Assembly: GCA_035449045.1 (NCBI GenBank)
Contig: DAOTKC010000004.1
Location: 4,414-68,413, forward strand
Direction of reading: 5' to 3'
DNA: 64,000 bases
DNA from: Eubacteriales bacterium
Lineage (GTDB): Bacteria; Bacillota; Clostridia; Christensenellales; CAG-917
Shown: in pieces, positions 27,048-36,238 of the stretch
Position numbering within the stretch: the first letter of the stretch is position 1
How the letters are laid out: every line of letters begins with the position of its first letter
Notes under the pieces: model-generated
Database searches by the model: none
What the model was told of the DNA's origin: nothing
The model's input: only the letters and a program-made list of their open reading frames with translations
Program-made: the position numbers and the translations under genes

Positions 27048-28322
27048 TTAAATTTCGCGCAATACATCGGTGAGTTTTGTCAAAATACGAGCCGCAATTT
27101 CGGGGTCACCCTCAACCATAATTCGGATTACGGGCTCTGTTCCGCTGGCTCTGACTAAAACGCAGCCGGCGTCGCCCATGAGCTTCTTTGCTCGCTCGAC
27201 CTCCTTCAATAAATAAGTGTTGGACATCGCGGCGTATTTATCGCGGACGGCAACGTTTTTCTCGGTGACGGGATAGGGTTTATAGTCGGGAAGGTCGGTG
27301 ATAAGCCGCGTCTTTAAAAACCACGCCGCCGACATGATGCCGTCGCAGGTCGCAACGTAGTCGCCGATTATGAGGTGTCCGCTCCTCTCGCCGCCGAGAG
27401 CGGCGTTCAGGCGTTTCATATCGGCGAGCACGTATTTGTCGCCGACGTCGGCGCGGTGGAGCTTGACGCCCCGACGGGATAAAAAGCATTCGAGGGCGGA
27501 GTTGGTCATCGAGGTGCCGACGACTATGTTATTTTTGAGAAGCCCGCGCGAGAGAAGATAGTCGGAAATGTAATATAGAAAATGGTCGCCGTCGAGAAGC
27601 TTGCCGTCATAAATCCCTATCACGCGGTCGCCGTCGCCGTCGAAGGCGAAGCCGACGCCGTCAGTCATCTTTGTCGATAAAAACTCGGGGTGCGTCGAGC
27701 CCGAATAGACGTTGACCAAATCGCCGTCGTAAGAGTTGCAAAGTGCGGTGACGGAGGCGCCCAAGGCGGAAAAGATGTCCGCCGCGAAACCCGCGGTAGC
27801 GCCGAAACAGCAGTCAAGCGTTATTGATATGCCCGAAAACGAGGCGTTGACCGCCTCTTTAACATAGTCGCAATAAATCGCCTTGGCGTCTTGAAGGTCA
27901 ACAAGCTTAGCGGCGCCTAAGCCTTTCGCGGGGTTTTCCATCTGCTCGTTGAAGCGCTCCTCCAGCGAGGCGGGCGGCTTTTCGCCTTCGGCAACCAGCG
28001 TTTTTAAGCCGTTGTCGGTGGGCGGGTTGTGGGACGCCGTCACCATGACGCCGTAGTCCGCCTCGAATTTTTTGACTAAAAAGGCGAGCACGGGTGTGGG
28101 GATTATCCCCGCCGAAATAATCTCGAGGTCAAATTCGCTCAAGCCCTCGATTAGCTCGGCGTAAATCTCCTCCGAGGTGTTTCTGGTGTCCCTCGCTACG
28201 ACGATGCGCTTCGGCTTATATCCGCCCAAAACGCGGGCGAGCCTGAGCGCGGTGTGTTCAAAGAGCAGCAGACGCCCTTCGGCGCGGATTCCATCGGTTC
28301 CAAATAAACAAGATTTATCCAT
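27048..28322 (-). CDS. alpha-D-phosphohexomutase family protein (GlmM-like phosphoglucosamine mutase)
   Basis: FGTDGIRAEG, phosphoserine loop TASHNPPTDNGLK, metal loop FDGDGDR, GGERSGH. Confidence 0.8.
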   Translation of the reverse strand: MDKSCLFGTDGIRAEGRLLLFEHTALRLARVLGGYKPKRIVVARDTRNTSEEIYAELIEGLSEFDLEIISAGIIPTPVLAFLVKKFEADYGVMVTASHNPPTDNGLKTLVAEGEKPPASLEERFNEQMENPAKGLGAAKLVDLQDAKAIYCDYVKEAVNASFSGISITLDCCFGATAGFAADIFSALGASVTALCNSYDGDLVNVYSGSTHPEFLSTKMTDGVGFAFDGDGDRVIGIYDGKLLDGDHFLYYISDYLLSRGLLKNNIVVGTSMTNSALECFLSRRGVKLHRADVGDKYVLADMKRLNAALGGERSGHLIIGDYVATCDGIMSAAWFLKTRLITDLPDYKPYPVTEKNVAVRDKYAAMSNTYLLKEVERAKKLMGDAGCVLVRASGTEPVIRIMVEGDPEIAARILTKLTDVLREI

Positions 28323-28412
28323 GATGGAATATTATATTCAAAATATTTTCCGCGAGTGACTTGCTCCAAAATCGCCAAAAAAATTTTTTTCTCAAATAAA
28401 GCGGTAAAGCAA

Positions 28413-28553
28413 CCACATTATTCATTATTCGTTAATCATATTCATTCCGCGAAAGCCGCAATCCGCAGTTTTTCGTTTTTCGTTGAGCGTTTTTCGTTCG
28501 GTGAAAGCCGCTATCCACAGTTTTTCGTTTTTCGTTGAGCGTTTATCGTTCGG
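28413..28553. repeat. dispersed intergenic repeat family, locus B (T-rich orientation; 2 units, the first with the AT-rich module)
   Basis: ...GCCGCAATCCGCAGTTTTTCGTTTTTCGTTGAGCGTTTTTCGTTCGG / ...GCCGCTATCCACAGTTTTTCGTTTTTCGTTGAGCGTTTATCGTTCGG. Confidence 0.9.
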
Positions 28554-28685
28554 GCTTCCTCATTGAATGCGCGCGCCATTCAATGGGCAGCCCGTTGCGC
28601 GGTTTATAAATTTTTGTGACTATTTTTGTCAAGACTATTACATTTGCGTTGGATTTTTGCTATTATTTTTATTAGGAGAGGGAAT

Positions 28686-29009
28686 ATGAGCAATGTAAAG
28701 CACCCTAAGGGCAAGCTCAGGCTGATGGCCGCCGAGGCAAAAAAGCGCGTCACGGAAAACAACTACAAAGCGGTGCAAAAAGATAGTGTGATGTCCGAGT
28801 TGCCCTTGATGGAACGCGAGCTTTACCGAAAAATTCTCGATATTTTGGCGCGGGAATCCGAGCTCATTAACCCGATAGGCGAGCTTATAAACCGCGAAGC
28901 GTTTGAAAAAATGACGCCCGCCGAGAGGCAGCGGGAGCTCTTTCGGCTCTCCGAACTCTATTTGAAAATTAAGGCGAAACTTGCCAAGGTGAAATCCAAA
29001 AGCGAATAG
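28686..29009 (+). CDS. hypothetical small helical, Lys/Glu-rich protein (107 aa)
   Basis: ATG at 28686 behind AGGAGAGGG. No family recognised. Confidence 0.55.
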   Translation: MSNVKHPKGKLRLMAAEAKKRVTENNYKAVQKDSVMSELPLMERELYRKILDILARESELINPIGELINREAFEKMTPAERQRELFRLSELYLKIKAKLAKVKSKSE

Positions 29010-29050
29010 CTTTTTAGCCTTCAATCCCGATATCAAAATAAGTGAAAACA

Positions 29051-29082
29051 AAAAAATCCGACAGAGCTCTGTCGGATTTTTT
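29051..29082. terminator. bidirectional terminator (perfect palindrome) between the hypothetical gene and trxB
   Basis: AAAAAATCCGACAGAG-CTCTGTCGGATTTTTT. Confidence 0.85.
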
Positions 29083-29101
29083 AACTAAAAGCCCCCAAAG
29101 G

Positions 29102-30016
29102 CTAATTTTTCATTTGGTTAACGTAGTGGACGGCCGAGGTCGCGGCAATGGCGCCGTCGGCGGCGGCGGTGATTACCTGTCTAAGCGGCTTTACCACGAT
29201 ATCGCCCGCCGCAAAAACGCCCGCAATTTGGGTTTTCATTTCGGCGTCCGCCGCAATGTAGCCGCCTTCGCCCAAAATCGAGGAGGGAAGACCCGACGTC
29301 GACGGCACCCGCCCCACCGCCACAAAGATGCCGTCCAGTTCCATTTCGGAAAGATGTGAGGTCTTTAAATTTTTCAGTTCGGCGCGGTTTAGTTTGTTTT
29401 CGCCGAACAGCGCGGTGACGACGCTGTCCCAAATCGGCTTGACGCCCGCCGACTTCAGCCTATCCGCCAAAATTTGCGAGGCGCGAAGGGCGTCACGGCG
29501 GTGAATTATATAGACTTTTTTGGCGAATCGGGTAAGATACAGCGCATCTTCCGCCGCGGTATTTCCGCCGCCCACCACCGCCACCGTCTTGCCTTTGAAG
29601 AAAGCGCCGTCGCAGGTAGCGCAATATGATACGCCTTTGCCCGTGAATTCGGCCTCGCCCGGCACGTCCAAAAGCCTGGGGTTGGCGCCCATGGCTAAAA
29701 TGACCGCCCGCGCCGTGATTTCGCCGCCGAACTCGGTGTAAATAATCTTTTTTTCGCCGTCGAGCGAAAAGTTTAATATGTTATCAAACATAAACTCGGC
29801 GCCGAACTCCTCTGCCTGCTCCTTCATGGTCTCGGCCAGCGAAGCGCCGGCAATCCGTTTGACGCCGGGATAGTTTTCAATGTCCGAAGTGAGCGCGGCC
29901 TGACCGCCCGGCCCGTATTTTTCGATAATCAGCGTCCTAAGACCGCCTCTCGCGGCGTAAATCGCCGCCGAAAGTCCGGCGGGCCCGCCTCCCGCAATCA
30001 CTATATCGTAAACCAT
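29102..30016 (-). CDS. trxB: thioredoxin-disulfide reductase
   Basis: [23 protein letters not shown] motif, redox [24 protein letters not shown] motif. ATG at 30016 behind AGAGGTG. Confidence 0.9.
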   Translation of the reverse strand: MVYDIVIAGGGPAGLSAAIYAARGGLRTLIIEKYGPGGQAALTSDIENYPGVKRIAGASLAETMKEQAEEFGAEFMFDNILNFSLDGEKKIIYTEFGGEITARAVILAMGANPRLLDVPGEAEFTGKGVSYCATCDGAFFKGKTVAVVGGGNTAAEDALYLTRFAKKVYIIHRRDALRASQILADRLKSAGVKPIWDSVVTALFGENKLNRAELKNLKTSHLSEMELDGIFVAVGRVPSTSGLPSSILGEGGYIAADAEMKTQIAGVFAAGDIVVKPLRQVITAAADGAIAATSAVHYVNQMKN

Positions 30017-30055
30017 GTTCACCTCTACCTTGGTAGTTTTATTATTTTACCCGAC

Positions 30056-30213
30056 GCCAAAAAAATTTGTTTTTTGCTTTTTTCCCGAAAATATAAAAAT
30101 CCCGCTCGTTTGCTTTTTAAATTTTATAAACCTTGCCAAAAAAATTTGTTTTTTGCTTTTTTCCCGAAAATATAAAAACCCCGCTCGTTTGTTTTTTAAA
30201 TTTTATAAACCTT
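30056..30213. repeat. 2 x 79-bp tandem duplication (2 mismatches) filling the dut-trxB spacer
   Basis: The copies span 30056-30134 and 30135-30213. Copy 2 ends at the base before the dut stop codon. Confidence 0.95.
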
Positions 30214-30714
30214 TCACACCTCGGTGCTTCCGAAGCCGCCCCTTCTGGGCGCTTTGGCATCATCGCTTTCGGTTATTCCGAAGGGTAAAAACACTCCTTG
30301 AGCGAATCCCTTACCTGCGGCAAGAGAGAGCGTTTTTCCCTCGCGTGAGTTGTTGCCGATTTTAATCATAATATGGCCTTCGTTGTCGGCAAAAAAATAA
30401 TCGGTGTCAACTATCCCCACCGTGTTGTCAAGCTGCAGCCGGAAGTTAAAGCCCAGCCCGCTTTTGGGGAAGATGAAAAGCGCGAAGCCGTCATTGATTT
30501 TGGCGCAGACGCCCGTCGGCACAATGACCGAGTCACCCGCTTTAAGCTCTAAATGAAAGGGCAGAAAAAAATCGTAGCCCGCCGAGCCGCGCGTGGCGCG
30601 CTTGGGCAAAACAATTTTCTGATAGGCCGCCTTTGCGTCAGAAAAGCCCGCCGCCTCGGCGTCCGAGATAAAACGGCTTTCGCTTACTTTATAAAATTCG
30701 CCCGCTGTTTTCAT
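30214..30714 (-). CDS. dut: dUTP diphosphatase (trimeric dUTPase, YncF-like)
   Basis: SAGYDFFLP, GIVDTDY, C-terminal RRGGFGSTEV motif V. Confidence 0.8.
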   Translation of the reverse strand: MKTAGEFYKVSESRFISDAEAAGFSDAKAAYQKIVLPKRATRGSAGYDFFLPFHLELKAGDSVIVPTGVCAKINDGFALFIFPKSGLGFNFRLQLDNTVGIVDTDYFFADNEGHIMIKIGNNSREGKTLSLAAGKGFAQGVFLPFGITESDDAKAPRRGGFGSTEV

Positions 30715-30841
30715 ATACTCCCAAAGTTTACCAAAAATTTACTTAAAAGTCAATTTAGACCCTCAATATAATTTTTAGATTGCAGGGCGTTTCCGTCCTC
30801 AAACAATTGCCTTATAACGGTAAAAAATATATAATAGCCGT

Positions 30842-31849
30842 GTGGAAAAACGCGAGGTCTTAGTCGGCGAAAGCCTCAATCCTTACTTAAATCTTGCGGT
30901 GGAGAGCGCCCTTTTAGACGCCGTCCTTCCCTCTGAAATCATACTTTATCTCTGGCAAAACGAAAGAACCGTCGTTATAGGCAAAAATCAGGACCCTTAT
31001 TTTGAGCTCGATGTCAACCTTCTCAGCGCCGAGGAGGGCTATCTCGCCCGCCGCCGCACCGGCGGAGGCGCCGTCTATCACGACCAAGGAAACTTGAATT
31101 TTTCATTTATAGCGGGCAAGGATTGCTACGACTTGGATGCGCAGTTTAAGTTGATTTGCGCCGCGGTTTGCGCGTTTGGGATAGAGGCGAGCCCGACGGG
31201 CAGAAACGACATCGCGGCGGACGGCAGAAAATTTTCGGGCAACGCATTTTTACACCTTAAACACGCCTCCCTTCATCACGGCACGCTCCTCATTAATACG
31301 GACGCTGTAAAACTTGCGCGCTATCTGACGGTCGACGCCGCCAAGCTAAAAAAACGCGGCGTCGAATCGGTCAAAAGCAGAATAGTCAACCTTGCCGAGC
31401 TCAACGCCGAAATCACGCCGAACAATATTGCCGAGGAACTCATAAAAGTGTTTTCGGGCGCGGAAAAAGTTAAAAAACTTAGTTTTCAAGAAATCGCCGC
31501 TCGCCCCGAAACCCAAGAGTGGCGCCGAAAGTTTGAAAGCAAAAAATGGCTTTTCGGCAGATTCGGCGAGATGAAAAAAATCGCGAGCGAAACATATTCT
31601 TGGGGTTTGGCCGGCCTTTATTCCGACGGAAAAACGGTAGCCTTCGCGACCGACGGCCTGTTTCCGAGAGCGGTGGATTTTGCCGAAAAAGCGATTTTAT
31701 CGTTAAAAAGCACCGAAAAAACCATCGATTTGGAAGAAATCATAAAAATAACGTCCGGCACGGAAGGGCTTTTTGAAAGCGAAAAGACCTGCGCGCTTGA
31801 GCTCATTGAACTATTCGTTAAGGCGCGAAAGGAGATTGAAAGTGTTTGA
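30842..31849 (+). CDS. lplA: lipoate--protein ligase
   Basis: RRRTGGGAVYHDQGNLNFSFI, GRKFSGNAF, HHGTLL. GTG start. Confidence 0.85.
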   Translation: MEKREVLVGESLNPYLNLAVESALLDAVLPSEIILYLWQNERTVVIGKNQDPYFELDVNLLSAEEGYLARRRTGGGAVYHDQGNLNFSFIAGKDCYDLDAQFKLICAAVCAFGIEASPTGRNDIAADGRKFSGNAFLHLKHASLHHGTLLINTDAVKLARYLTVDAAKLKKRGVESVKSRIVNLAELNAEITPNNIAEELIKVFSGAEKVKKLSFQEIAARPETQEWRRKFESKKWLFGRFGEMKKIASETYSWGLAGLYSDGKTVAFATDGLFPRAVDFAEKAILSLKSTEKTIDLEEIIKITSGTEGLFESEKTCALELIELFVKARKEIESV

Positions 31850-33188
31850 TATTACGTTTATCGGCGGCGGGCCTGCGGGAACGGCGGGCGCTATAAAGGC
31901 GGCGGCAGAAGGGCAAAAGGTCGCCGTCGTGGAGAGAGGCGAGCTCGGCGGAACCTGCTTAAACCGCGGCTGCATTCCCACCAAAGCGCTTTTGAAATCG
32001 GCCGATATATTTGCCGACGCCAAGGCGGCGGGATTTCTTAGCTCCGAAATTTTTTTCGAGCAAGCGGCATATCAAAAAAAGGACGCGCTCATTCTTAAAC
32101 TTCGCGAAGGGCTTTCGGCAAGGCTTTCAAAAAACAAAATAATTTGCCGGACCGGCGAAGCCTCTTTTATCGACAAAAACACTTTAAAGATAGCTTTATC
32201 TGACGGAAAAATCGAAACCATAGAGTCAAACAATTTCGTAATCGCGACGGGCTCGCGGCCGGCGAAGCTTCCCATTTCGGGCATAGAGCACGCCCTGACC
32301 TCCGACGAAGTGCTCAAAACCCCCGTTGATGCCGACAAAATTTTAATTATCGGCGGCGGCGTAATCGGCGCCGAGTTCGCAAGCTATTTCAACGCCGGCG
32401 GCAAAAAAGTGACGATTGCCGAAGCGGAAGCAAATATTTTGAACACCTTCGACCGCGAGGTGTCGCAGCGCATGGCGCTGATTTTCAAAAAGCGCGGCAT
32501 CACCGTGCTGACGGCGGCCAAGGTGAGAAAAATAGAGAAAATCGAAGCTAATCGGCTTTCGGTCGAAATCGAAACCGCGGGCGGCATTATTTCCGAAGTT
32601 TTCGGCGCCGTCGTCGTCAGCGTGGGGCGCGTCGCCGAAGTAAAGAGCTTAAACCTTCAAAGCGCCGGCTTTAGTTCCGATACCGCGCTTAAGGCCGATA
32701 TCTGCGGCCGCACCGAGGTTGAAAATGTCTACGCCGTGGGCGATGCCGCGGCGGCCGTCAAGCTTGCCCATTTTGCCGAGGCGCAAGCGGTGAACGCGGT
32801 TTGCGACATTTTGGATATTCCCCCCGCATACGACCTCGCCTTTATTCCTTCCTGCGTCTACACCTCGCCCGAAATCGCATCGGTGGGACGCACTAATTTT
32901 GCGGCGGGTGAGGCGATAATAGCAAAGAGCATTTTAGGCGGAAACGGCCGCGCTCAAATCCAAGACGCCGCCGAAGGGTTTGTAAAACTTGCTTTCGAGC
33001 CCGCGAGCTTGAAGCTTTTGGGCGCGACAATCATGGCGCCATTTGCATCCGAACTCATCTACGGCCTTGCCGCGGCGGCGGTAAACGGACTTACGGCAAA
33101 GGAGCTCGCAAAAACGGTCTATCCCCACCCCTCGGTGTCGGAAGCCGTCCGCGAAGCCGCCCAAGCGGCGCTTGAAAAGAGCGTTTAA
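31842..33188 (+). CDS. lpdA: dihydrolipoyl dehydrogenase (E3 / L-protein)
   Basis: FDITFIGGGPAGTAGAIKAA, redox centre GGTCLNRGCIPTK, C-terminal HPHPSVSE. GTG at 31842 behind GGAG, overlapping the lplA stop by 8 nt. The track ORF starts at 31773. Confidence 0.85.
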   Translation: MFDITFIGGGPAGTAGAIKAAAEGQKVAVVERGELGGTCLNRGCIPTKALLKSADIFADAKAAGFLSSEIFFEQAAYQKKDALILKLREGLSARLSKNKIICRTGEASFIDKNTLKIALSDGKIETIESNNFVIATGSRPAKLPISGIEHALTSDEVLKTPVDADKILIIGGGVIGAEFASYFNAGGKKVTIAEAEANILNTFDREVSQRMALIFKKRGITVLTAAKVRKIEKIEANRLSVEIETAGGIISEVFGAVVVSVGRVAEVKSLNLQSAGFSSDTALKADICGRTEVENVYAVGDAAAAVKLAHFAEAQAVNAVCDILDIPPAYDLAFIPSCVYTSPEIASVGRTNFAAGEAIIAKSILGGNGRAQIQDAAEGFVKLAFEPASLKLLGATIMAPFASELIYGLAAAAVNGLTAKELAKTVYPHPSVSEAVREAAQAALEKSV

Positions 33189-33354
33189 ACCATTTGCCGA
33201 AGAAAAAGCTAAAACGCAAAACGCTGAAACAGATAAGCGAGCTCGCCCGATAAAATAGCAAAATTAAAAAAACAAGACAAAAACACAGCATTTCATATTA
33301 AAATAGATAGTAAGTTTACCTTAATAAACAACCAAAAGGATAAGGGAAAAAAAT

Positions 33355-34431
33355 ATGGCGCTAAAAACTCCGCTCTACGAAACGCACGAAAAGCTCGGCG
33401 GAAAAATAGTCGAGTTCGGCGGCTATCTTTTGCCGGTCAACTATCAAAAGGGCATCATTTTCGAGCATAACGCCGTTCGATGCGGCGTCGGGCTGTTTGA
33501 CGTTTCGCACATGGGCGAGATTTTGATTTCAGGCAAAGAGGCGGCGGCCGCGCTGAGGCGGCTGGTCACCAACAAGGTGTCAACGATTAAGGTGGGTCAA
33601 TGCCGCTATACGCTTATGTGCTACCCCGACGGCGGCATAGTCGACGACCTTCTCATCTATAAATTCTCCGACGAGGAATATTTTTTAATCGTCAACGCCG
33701 CCAACAAGGATAAGGACTTCGCGTGGATAACCGAAAACATCTCGGGGGACGCCGTAGCCACCGATTTATCGGATAAAATCGGGCAGATTGCCGTCCAAGG
33801 TCCGCTTGCCGAAAAAGTAATGGCAAAGACCGCCGATATGACGCTTATCCCTAAAAAACGCTATTATTTTGCGCGTGACGTCGTGGTCTTCGGCAAAAAA
33901 TGCCTTGTCTCCACGACAGGCTATACCGGCGAAGACGGGTATGAAATCTACTGCGATGCCGCCGATACCGCCGAAATCTACGAGAAACTGATGGAAGCGG
34001 GCAGCGAGATAGGAATCGAACCCTGCGGGCTTGGTGCGCGCGATACCCTCCGCTTCGAGAGCTCGATGCCGCTCTACGGCCACGAGCTTTCTGCCGAGAT
34101 AAAGGCAAACGAAGTGGGACTCGATATGTTCATAAAGTCCGACGAGGAATTTATCGGGCGCGAGGCGATTTTAAACAATCCGCCGGCATATTGCCGCCGC
34201 GGGCTTAAGCTTGTCGACCGCGGAATCGCTAGAGAGCACGCCGACGTTTACGGCGAAGACGGTCAAAAAATAGGTTTTACGACCTCGGGAATGCCCTGCC
34301 CCACCGTGGGCGGCGCCTACGCCATGGCGAGAATCAAGGCGGACTACGCGTTCGACCGCGTGTTTATCGACGTTCGGGGAAAGATGCTGGCCGCCGAGTT
34401 CGTTCCCATGCCGTTTTATAAGAAAGCGTAA
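33355..34431 (+). CDS. gcvT: aminomethyltransferase (glycine cleavage T protein)
   Basis: LKTPLYETHEKLGGKIVEFGGYLLPVNY..., FDVSHMGE, TGYTGEDGYEI. Confidence 0.95.
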   Translation: MALKTPLYETHEKLGGKIVEFGGYLLPVNYQKGIIFEHNAVRCGVGLFDVSHMGEILISGKEAAAALRRLVTNKVSTIKVGQCRYTLMCYPDGGIVDDLLIYKFSDEEYFLIVNAANKDKDFAWITENISGDAVATDLSDKIGQIAVQGPLAEKVMAKTADMTLIPKKRYYFARDVVVFGKKCLVSTTGYTGEDGYEIYCDAADTAEIYEKLMEAGSEIGIEPCGLGARDTLRFESSMPLYGHELSAEIKANEVGLDMFIKSDEEFIGREAILNNPPAYCRRGLKLVDRGIAREHADVYGEDGQKIGFTTSGMPCPTVGGAYAMARIKADYAFDRVFIDVRGKMLAAEFVPMPFYKKA

Positions 34432-34516
34432 GTTGTGGCAAACCTAGCTATTAACTATCAATAACAAGGCTAAAAAGCGGGCAACCGCCAAGATAAGGAA
34501 ACTCCAGGAGGAAAAA

Positions 34517-34873
34517 ATGGAAAAATTCTATCAAAAGACCCACGAGTGGGCAAGCTTTGAAAAAACCGTCGCCACCATCGGCATTTCGGCATACGCCGTC
34601 AAAGAGCTGGGCGACATCGTCTTCGTATCCCTTCCCGAGGTCGGCGACACCGTCAAGGTCGGCACGCCCTTCGCCGAGGTCGAATCCGTCAAGGCGGTTT
34701 CCGAAATATACAGTCCCGTCGAAGGCGTTATCGCCGAAGTCAACGACGAGCTTATCGACAATCCCGCCGCCGTCAACGCCGCGGCAGGCGAGGCTTGGTT
34801 TATCAAGGTCGACTACACCAAAATCGGCGCGCTCGTTAGCGAGGCCGAATACGACGCCATGGAAAAGGAATAA
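34517..34873 (+). CDS. gcvH: glycine cleavage system H protein
   Basis: Lipoyl-lysine motif AEVESVKAVSEIYSPVEG. 118 aa. Confidence 0.95.
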   Translation: MEKFYQKTHEWASFEKTVATIGISAYAVKELGDIVFVSLPEVGDTVKVGTPFAEVESVKAVSEIYSPVEGVIAEVNDELIDNPAAVNAAAGEAWFIKVDYTKIGALVSEAEYDAMEKE

Positions 34874-34876
34874 ACT

Positions 34877-36193
34877 ATGCGTTACACACCTCACACCAAA
34901 GAGGACGTCGAGGCGATGCTCAAAGAAATCGGCGCGCCCTCGATAAAGAGACTTTACGCCGATATCCCCAAGGATTTGCGCGCAAAAAAGCTTAAGCTTG
35001 CCGACGGCATCGCCGAGGCGGACGCCGAGCGCGAGCTTGTCCGACTGTCCCAAAAGAACAAACGCTTTGATATCGTTCTTCGCGGCGCCGGCGCCTACGA
35101 CCACTATATCCCGCCCGTCGTAAAAGCCCTCACGTCGCGCTCGGAGTTCGTCACCGCCTACACGCCCTACCAGGCCGAGCTTTCTCAAGGCATACTCCAG
35201 TCGATATTCGAATATCAAACCATAATCTGCCGGCTTACCGCGATGGACGCGTCCAACGCCTCTCACTACGACGGCGGCACGGCGGCGGCCGAAGCGGCGC
35301 TGATGACGCGTGAAAAGTCAAAAAACAAGCTTTTGGTCGCGCCCAACGTCAAGCCGCAGGTCTTAGAGGTTTTAAGGACGTATCTTACCGATATGGAGAT
35401 AGTTGCCGCCCCCGAAAAAGCCGGCAAGCTCGATATCGAGGCCGCGAAAGCGGTTTTAAGCGAGGATTACGCCGCTCTCTACATCGAACAGCCCAACTAT
35501 TTCGGGCTTATCGAGGACATAGAAAAAGCCGCGGATTTGGCTCACGCGGCGGGCGCCAAGCTGATTGCGGGCGTCTATCCCATTACGGCGGGGCTGCTTA
35601 AGCGCGCGGGCGACTGCGGCGCCGACATCGCCGTCGGCGAGGGACAGCCTTTGGGCATGCCGCTCTCCTTCGGCGGGCCCTATCTCGGTTTTATGGCGGC
35701 CAAAAAGCCGCTCATCAGAAAGCTTCCCGGAAGAATTGTCGGCGAAACCGTCGACCGCGAGGGAAAACGCGCATTTGTTTTGACGCTTCAGGCGCGCGAA
35801 CAGCATATCCGCCGCGAAAAGGCGTCCTCCAACATCTGCTCCAATCAGGCGCATTGCGCGCTGACCGCCGCAACTTACGTCTCGGCGCTGGGCGCGGAAG
35901 GACTGAAGGCGGTAGCGCAAAGGTCGGTCACAAACGCCCACTATTTAAAAGACCGTTTGTCCGAAATAGGCTTTAAAGCGGTTTACGGCGGCGAGTTTTT
36001 CAACGAGTTTTTGACGGAGTCCGACTATGATTCGCAAGCGGTGTCCGACGCCTTAAAGCGGCGCGGCATTTTAGGCGGCCTGCCCGTCACGCCCTCAAAA
36101 ATTTTGTGGTGCGCCACCGAAAAACTCACCAAGGCCGACATCGACAAAGCGGTATCGGTCATCAAATCCGCCATATCCAAAAAAGCTCTGTGA
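34877..36193 (+). CDS. gcvPA: glycine dehydrogenase (decarboxylating) subunit 1
   Basis: YTPYQAELSQGILQSIFEYQT; 438 aa; between gcvH and gcvPB. Confidence 0.95.
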   Translation: MRYTPHTKEDVEAMLKEIGAPSIKRLYADIPKDLRAKKLKLADGIAEADAERELVRLSQKNKRFDIVLRGAGAYDHYIPPVVKALTSRSEFVTAYTPYQAELSQGILQSIFEYQTIICRLTAMDASNASHYDGGTAAAEAALMTREKSKNKLLVAPNVKPQVLEVLRTYLTDMEIVAAPEKAGKLDIEAAKAVLSEDYAALYIEQPNYFGLIEDIEKAADLAHAAGAKLIAGVYPITAGLLKRAGDCGADIAVGEGQPLGMPLSFGGPYLGFMAAKKPLIRKLPGRIVGETVDREGKRAFVLTLQAREQHIRREKASSNICSNQAHCALTAATYVSALGAEGLKAVAQRSVTNAHYLKDRLSEIGFKAVYGGEFFNEFLTESDYDSQAVSDALKRRGILGGLPVTPSKILWCATEKLTKADIDKAVSVIKSAISKKAL

Positions 36194-36238
36194 ATCAATC
36201 CGCAACATAAGCGAACCTTTGGAAAAAATAGGTAAAAA

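Noticed and set aside
34451-35266. 271-aa minus-strand ORF spanning gcvH and the start of gcvPA
   Set aside because: It is antisense to two genes with unmistakable motifs, crosses their intergenic gap and has low-complexity Gly/Arg/Val composition.
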